DNA of 64,000 nucleotides from Schmidtea polychroa (Eukaryota): NCBI GenBank assembly GCA_044892525.1, contig CM097885.1, positions 50,718,001-50,782,000 on the forward strand, in the 5' to 3' direction. Position numbers and translations under genes: made by a program. Below, in pieces: positions 56,512 to 64,000 of the stretch. The notes beneath the pieces are model-generated. The model saw only the letters and a program-made list of their open reading frames with translations. It searched no databases and was not told the origin of the DNA. Numbering within the stretch: the stretch's first letter is position 1; each line of letters begins with the position of its first letter.

Positions 56512-59500
56512 TGATTTAAATATTGATTTACAATTTTGAATTAAATATGATTGTAATTCCTCCAATTTAGAAATGTATAAATTCTCATTCAACGTATATG
56601 TATTTTCAATTTCACCCTCAAACTCAACTTTCATTGACATTATTTTATATCGCGCTGCTACTTTGGTAAATCTCGGCCGTAGTACTTGGAATATATTGGT
56701 ATGATTTTTATTACTCTGACTTGTTAATTCCAATCGTTTGCAATTGCCTAACTATCAAATTTTATAGGAAAGAGATGATATTTACATTCAACTATTAAAT
56801 ATTGATGATCAATATACATTTTGACAATTGAATCGGAAAGATTAGATATATCAATTCGATCTTCTACATTATCAATGACAAAAGATGTATTTCTTTGCGT
56901 CTCATTCTTTTTATATTTAATTTTAGCTTTACTATAAATTGGAAAGAGATTTTACACAAATGTAAAGTCGAGGAGAGCCACTTCCCACTCGCCATTTAAA
57001 TAAATTGGATTTTGGAAATTAACCATAAATTTACTGGCAGTTTTTTCTGGATGTATATTCGGACAACTATTGCTCGTCAAAATAATGTAAAAATTCATTT
57101 TACGAGGTTTTGAGACGATATTTATGATGGGTTTTTATATCCATGCCGTTTGACATAGTATTGGTTAACCTACCATTTTAGATTTCAATATCTTTTGAAT
57201 TCTAAATACTTTTGGGGGACGAATGACTTGTAATTTTGCTTATAAAATTTCCCTTGTACAATGTTATTATCAGAGTCTTTGATGACATACATTACAGGGT
57301 TCTAGCTGGTATTTATTTGCGAAATTAAAAAGACTTCTTCACTCCAATTTGTATCACAATTTTTAATAAATGGTGATGCACTAATTTTACTAATTCTAAC
57401 ATGATCACCAACTTTATATTTCGGTTTTGTAATTTTTAGAGATTTTTTAGAATAGAATGTTTTTGATGTGATATCAACCGGTCTCAATCCATTAAGTCCT
57501 CGATGTGATGAATTACTATAACTGGTTATAATTTTTGGTAAAACCAATACCAATTTTTTATTACCTTGATGCACGAACAATTTCTTTCATCTGTCTCTTA
57601 AGGTTCTGTTAAATCTTTCAACATGAGCAGCTTTGTATTGAGAATGTACCGAGTAGTGATTTATTTTCAGTTTATCGAGGAGTTGCAACATTAATGCAAA
57701 AGACATGCAAAAGACATGCAAAAGACATGCAAAAGACATGCAAATTTAACAAAGACAATCTCTAAACAAACTTACAATATAGTTTTAAAGTGATAATAAT
57801 GACTGCGGAAAAAGGTTAACATGATTAATTAATTGCCGAATTATTTATTATTTAGAATTTGTAATCAACCTTTAGTTGGGAAAATTAGCAGAAATAGCTG
57901 GGGTAAAAATGGAGGACATATTATCTGTTACAAATGCATTAAATATAGGCCTGGTAGTTGAGAGTCAAGATTTAGGATTTGATGATCAGGAAGTCACTCA
58001 AGAAACCAACGATACTCAAGAAAATGATGACACCCAAGAAATTGATGAGGAAATCTATGAACCTATAGATGAACCTAAAGATACGGAAAATATTACGAAT
58101 GATAACGATTGTAACGATTGTGTAGATCATGTCGTTGTAAATATTATGAAATGTGGAGATGATTGTGAATGTGTTAATTAATAAATTTTAAAATTTATTT
58201 ATTTATTTATTTTAAAGATAAAACAACATAACGACATTAATTTTTATTTAAAAATCTATAAATAGTGTACAAGATGGCAACACCTGTTGCAAGTTTAATA
58301 TAGTTTTTAAACTTTGTTTTTTGTTGATCGATTTCCTTGGCATTTCGGGGCAGTTGATTGAGTGTACCCTATCCGCCATTGGCTTCTATCCATGGTGTAA
58401 ACTTGGATTTGATTATCTAAAAATGAATATTATTAATATATAGATTATAAAGAAAAAACTTACTTCTTGAGACCACTGACAATAGTGTTCGGAGTCCCAT
58501 GAACTTTTTTCTATAATAATTTTTATATAGATGAACCCTAAAATTATTCGAGTCCACTTCATTTCTTCATCGAAAAGGCAATTGAAGATAACACAATTAA
58601 AATAACATAAACCCCCATACAAAGTTTAGTTGTATATTTTTTTATTTTTTTTGGCGAGTTGTAAAACCAAAACAAAACAAACACAACACAAGCAACACCG
58701 ATTTTTTATTGTTTTTGTAAATTTGTAAATAAGGTTTAATTGTTATTATTTTTTACTATAATTGTTAAAACTGTTAACCTCCGGTTTTAAATGGGGAAGT
58801 TGTGTTGTGGATTGTCAAACTTTTATTATTGTTATTTGCATTGTGAAATCGTTGTGAATATATAAATCTCCCTTCAATCAGAATGTTGTGATGTTTATAT
58901 AAACTATATAGATTTGATTCTCTATAGAAAAAATTAATTATGGAGAATCGATTAAATTACCAATAAAATTTCAATTTCGAAAATAAATTTAAAAAAACTA
59001 ACAAGCTAAACGCCAAGAAACAACTAGCTATAAAGAAGTTGGGATTTATCTGAAACATAAATTATTGAAATCCTTCAAATCATCAAATCCTATTCTAAAC
59101 AATACCAATACTTGTACGAACAATTCCTTCAAACTAGTTCTATTATTTGAAGTGGATTAAAATTTATTCGCTGTCTAGTTTCCGAAAACCTTTCTATTCT
59201 TTAGAGATTTTGCAGTTGAAACACAAAGTATTTTTCACAAAAACACCCCAGCTGTCCCAAGACAGTTTATTTACTGGTGACTCGGCTGAGTACTGCAATC
59301 CTCTACATTAACACTACAATAATATACAATTTCTATTTAACATAAATAGAAACTATAATATATCACCATTATTTAACATAAATAGAAGATAACAACTTAA
59401 CAACTTAACAGTACTATATGCATGTGTAATAACAAACGTATAGTACCTATTTTAAACAGTCTAAATCGTTTGTAGACAGAGATAGGTAGCCATTCTTTTG

Positions 59501-60881
59501 GCACTTACCTATTGACGCTTAAAAAGTCACAGGTGACGTCATCATAAATGAATTGTTCATAGAATTGTCCGTTGATGATCATAATGAATAACAGCCATGC
59601 TGTCAGAAGGATTCGTTGATTGATTTGAAATCGGTTTTAGATTGCACATGAGTAAATTTGAGATTCGATTATTATGCGGGCTCTACATAGACATTCACCC
59701 GGTATCTGTTTGGGTGGTCCAATAATATTTTGTTAATTCGAACTCCTTTATTCTTCGACTCCTCTCATCTAACATATACTAACAGTTATCCGAAAAAGGA
59801 TTTTTAACCTGATTTTAACCCAAAAACTAAATGTGAGTTTATGATCAAAATGCCTAAAAATAACATGCAAATATAGCCCGAAGTTGAGTAAAAGTCCAAA
59901 CACATGAAAAACACCAATTAATTACGATTAAAAGAAACAAAATAACATAAAAATGACAAAACATAAAAGTAAAATGACAAAAACGTATTGAAGAAGTATT
60001 GCATGAAATAAACAGAAATAAACAGAGAAATCTATCATGACACCGAAACTAACAGAAACTAAATAAAATATAAAAATTTAGAAAATTAATTCGTCAAAGG
60101 AAAATAATATAAAAATAGTTTTGGAATTAAAAAAAAACCAAAATTATACCCGGCAGCCAAATAAAGTGTCCGACCTACTCACTGGAGAAAATATGCAAAC
60201 AGGGCAAACGGGAACTCACTCTATTCAGGTCGTATTTTGGCGAGCATTATACAGTCGAATAATGTGTGATTAAAATAAAAATTGCTTGTTTTGTCTGTGA
60301 CACGTGGATTCGACTTTCTCCTTGTCTCATTGATTAAAATCTAAAATCAGTGTAAACGTCTAAATGTTCATGGTTGACGTCTAACCTTTTGTAACAAATT
60401 TCATTTTATTGACAGGGTCATATTAATTTAAGTGCAATCTGAGGTCAGATCCCTATGACATGAGGTACATACAGCGAGAACTCTGACGAGAGAGGCTAAT
60501 TCAGAGTTCAGGAGAATATACGAGCGACACCGTAGAGAACGTGAGTCAAGTTCACTTTTACGATATTGTAATTATTGAATAAAATTTTGTCTAGTGTCAT
60601 ATCATAATACTATTTTCCGACAAAACACTAAATAGTGAAAAGGCAAAATAAATAAATACGGACAATTACCTTCTAACAGTGGCCCGCCAAAAATAAACGT
60701 AACAAACAGACAAACATAATTTCGCAATTATAAGGATTTTAAATTGAAAATTTATATATTGAAAAATTCACAAATTTATTTATAATATTTAACTTTATGT
60801 ATTTTGTTAGAAAATCTCAAAAAGGTTGGACAGCTCATAAACTGTGATTGTTTATCTGTTTCTTAAAAGTGGAAAATATTC

Positions 60882-63338
60882 GCTTCTAGGACATTTACCC
60901 CCCGGACATTTACCCCCGGACATTTACCCCCGGACAATTACCCCCGGACAAAAAACCCCCCAGGACAATAACCCCCCAGGACAATAACTCCCGGATAATA
61001 ACCCCTAAAAAAATTTCATAACCGCGTCCTAAAAAAATTTCATTTGAATTATTCATTATTCATTATTCTTTTAAATTTAAATAAATAAAAAATACTCATC
61101 AAAAATTTAGTTAAAATTATATATGAATTAATTTTATTTTCCAGGTTATTTTTGCCTGATTCCTGATACTTCATTATTAAATTTTTCGGAATTTCCGAAA
61201 ATAAAATTATTTTTAAATGATTTGTTCCTTAAAATATTATTAATAAAAATTCTAATATTCAGTCATGGGTTTTTTGGCTATTTTATTGTTAAATAAGTTA
61301 AATTAATGTAATACAATTTAACTTTTTAATTGCCTGATACTTAATTATAAAATCTTTCGGAATTTCCAATAATTAGGTATAGATTTTGTCGAATCGGAGG
61401 TACTTGTGTTTATTTAGCGATAGTTGGTGTTTCTTTTTTAAAAACTATTTTTGAATTGGATTTTTACATAATATTTTGTTTGTTAGTTTTAAGGTAATAA
61501 TTTTTTTTTTATTTTTTAAAGTTCAGTTATTTTAGGTAACCAAAAATGAAATTATGTTTTAGGAATGAAAATTATTTTTAATCAGTATAACATACTATTT
61601 CGAGTGGATAAGTGGTGACTTAGAGTGATTTTTAAAAAAAAATAAATATTCAATATTATAGACCATCCATTAAAATTAAATATGGAATTTCTGAAATCAA
61701 ATAGAGGAGCGGAAAAAGTAGTTTTCGAAGGTTATATATATTTGAAGCAGAAAGATTTGGCTAATGGGGTTGTCTCATTTGAATGTGAAAAAAGGCGTAA
61801 CAAGGCTGAGTGCAAAGCAAAAATTAAAGTTCGTGGTGAAGATCTTGTGGGGCGCTTTAATGACCATTCTCATGGTCCAGATCCAGCACAACAGGAAGTG
61901 CTGAAATCAGTTCAAAAAATGAAAAGATAAGCAGAAGAAACTGAAGAAACGCCTCAGCAGATAATTACGCAATCTGTTTCTACAATAAGGGAAAGTGCAA
62001 AAGCAAAGCTGACAACATTACATCATTTACGTCGTAATATTAGACGTCAGCGTCAAGTTGTCAACAACCCTTTACCAGTTCCACTGAATGTTGACGCCAT
62101 TGTGATTCCAGAACGTTATAAAGTAACAACTGATGGCCAGAATTTTCTTCTGTTTGATTCTGGTACAGATAGTAATAATAGAATGTTGATATTTGGAACA
62201 GATAACAATTTAAAACTTTTGGAATCAACATTTCACTGGTTTATGGGTGGAACTTTTAAAACAGCTCCTATGCTTTTTACGCAGCTATATACAATTCACG
62301 CATTAGCTAATGGGCGATGTATTCCTTGTGTTTACGCATTACTGCAGAACAAAAGACAAGATACGTATAAAGAACTTTTTCAACAATTAAGTATTCTTAA
62401 TGTCAACTTGAAGCCCAGAAGCATTATGGTTGATTTTGAATTGGCAGTTATAAATAGTTTGAAGACAGTATTTCCTGACAGCCAAATAAAAGGATGTTTC
62501 TTTCATCTAAGCCAGAACATCTACCGCAAGGTTCAAGAAAACGGTCTTCAACAGCGTTATCAGGAAGATTCTGAATTCGCATTAAAAATACGGATGCTTC
62601 CAGCACTAGCACTTGTCCCTCCAGAAGATGTAGTCGGTGCTTTTGAAGCATTGGCCGAATTACTTCCTGCGAACGTTTTACCAATTGCAGATTATTTTGA
62701 AGATTTTTATATTGGCAGACCACAACGGCGTGGACGACGTCAAGCCACTTATAACATAGACATGTGGAATATGCACCAAAGAGCCGAATATGAATTACCA
62801 AAAACTAATAATGCAGTGGAAGGATGGCATAGAAGTTTTCAGTCCAACGTAGGAAGTTACCATCCCACCATTTGGAAATTTATTTCATTTATTCAAAGAG
62901 AACAAGCTCTGCAACAAGTGCACTGTGCTCAAATGCTGGCCGGTCATTCATCCAGAGAGTCGAGAAAGAAGTATGTGGATGCCAATATAAGAATACTTTC
63001 AATAGTCCTTAGCTACCGTGATCGCAGCATTATAGACTATCTAAGTGGAATAGCGTATAATTTATCCTTTTAAATAAATTTATATTCAAATTTAATATTT
63101 TTTGGTTATTGTTTGAGATTATTTTTTTATAAAAATATGTTTTTTTAACAATTATGATGAGGGATTGTACGGGGGTTTAGGTTTTTTCCGGGGTTAATTG
63201 TCCGGGGGTAAATGTCCGGGGGTAAATGTCCGGGGGGTAAATGTCCGGGGGGTAAATGTCCGGGTTTTTGTCTGGGGGGTAATTGTCCGGGGGTAAATGT
63301 CCGGGGGTAAATGCCCGGGGGTTAATTGTCCTGTTACC
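60882..63338 (+). mobile_element. Complete MULE/Mutator DNA transposon with 8-bp TSD and tandem-repeat TIRs
   Basis: TSD aaatattc at 60874-60881 and 63339-63346. The empty site is in the left arm at about 34276-34283. Arrays of ggacatttacccc(c) and its reverse complement sit at the two ends. Confidence 0.95.
61682..63073 (+). pseudogene. FLYWCH + MULE transposase with a single in-frame stop (61928-61930) and a catalytic D-to-G change
   Basis: ORFs 61682 and 62102 are in the same frame. WFMGGTFK replaces the expected DGTF; VDFE, GCFFH and TNNAVEGWH are present. Confidence 0.88.
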
Positions 63339-63930
63339 AAATATTCACGGGGAAAAAAATAAAACTCATTATAAATTATAATTATAATTATAATTATAAT
63401 TATAATAATACAATAATATTTATTTTTGAAAAAATAGTCGCATTAGCTCTGGTGCAAAACTTTACTAACATTCTGATTTTTCCTATTGATCAACTTCTTC
63501 TAATTTTTATGATGAATTTTCTTTCAAAATAAAATTATTCAAATTTTTTATAATTTTTAATAAAAGTAATTGTTCCCAGATAAATTAAAATATCCAAAAA
63601 AATTTACGAATGTTGGAATTATTAATGTCCAAATTACATTTTTTAATTTAACAAAAGTTTGATTAAAACAACTTTTACAATTAATGTATTTTGTAATTGA
63701 CTAATTTTGAGTGATTTGATCATGGAAAATAATTTGTTAATGCGCGTTTTATATTAATTTTATATAAAATATTTAAATATTTCAAAAGTGACAATTAATT
63801 TAATGATAATTTAGAATAATAAAATAATCTATCCAATCAAATGTAAAAGAATGCAATTTAATTAATTTATTATTACAATGAATATTATCATTAATTATAA
63901 TTTAATAACTAAATACAATTAATCATAACA

Positions 63931-64000
63931 ATGAATTCTCAAATAAAAGTGCCTGTTAATTGCTGGTTCTGTGCAAAAAATACAAAAGTCTTTAAAAGAA
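63931..64000 (+). CDS. TMEM201: TMEM201-like ORF, copy 5 (partial at window edge)
   Basis: MNSQIKVPVNCWFCAKNTKVFKR. Confidence 0.75.
   Translation, partial: MNSQIKVPVNCWFCAKNTKVFKR

Larger units (their letters stand above)
53760..58590 (-). mobile_element. Decayed Polinton copy (right arm), extending through a protease pseudogene and the start of the next gene
   Basis: Mirror of the left-arm copy, plus a protease remnant at about 54420-54782 and a homolog of the 50457 exon at about 53790-53892. Confidence 0.9.
54818..64000. repeat. Right arm of giant inverted duplication (runs to the window edge)
   Basis: Reverse complement of 33816-40157. Extra sequence here: the MULE (60882-63338), about 195 bp of Penelope and about 185 bp at 63659-63843. 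Confidence 0.95.

Noticed and set aside
60888..61005. Short regularly spaced repeats resembling a CRISPR array
   Set aside because: There are no unique spacers or cas genes; these are MULE subterminal repeats in a eukaryote.

Overview
This is a very AT-rich, (AAT)n-riddled eukaryotic window. The host is most likely a flatworm, probably a planarian, inferred from the cholinesterase sequence and the 37-49 bp introns. The left third holds a multi-exon acetylcholinesterase gene (- strand, about 5.0-24.0 kb). Its introns contain Polinton pPolB remnants, a Penelope-like element and a Gypsy integrase fragment. Next come a DD39D mariner nested in a Tigger/pogo remnant, a CstF-77 pseudogene fragment, and three more of the window's five TMEM201/Samp1/Ima1 N-terminal ORF copies (the other two are in a tandem duplication at 1-3958). 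Copies 1 and 3 lie just downstream of a hammerhead-like motif. The right half is a giant inverted duplication (33816-40157 vs 54818-64000). It brackets a largely intact endogenous Polinton/Maverick (adintovirus-like) genome at about 40.2-50.6 kb. Besides packaging ATPase, integrase, penton, major capsid, core-like proteins and cysteine protease, this element encodes a TATA-binding-protein homolog, a spliced tail-anchored Bcl-2 homolog and an acidic protein with a DSGxxxS motif. Several of its genes carry tiny GT-AG introns, and its terminus is packed with AP-1 and TCF/Sox-type motifs. No recognisable pPolB is linked to this element within the window. All protein calls come from motif recognition by eye, not database searches.
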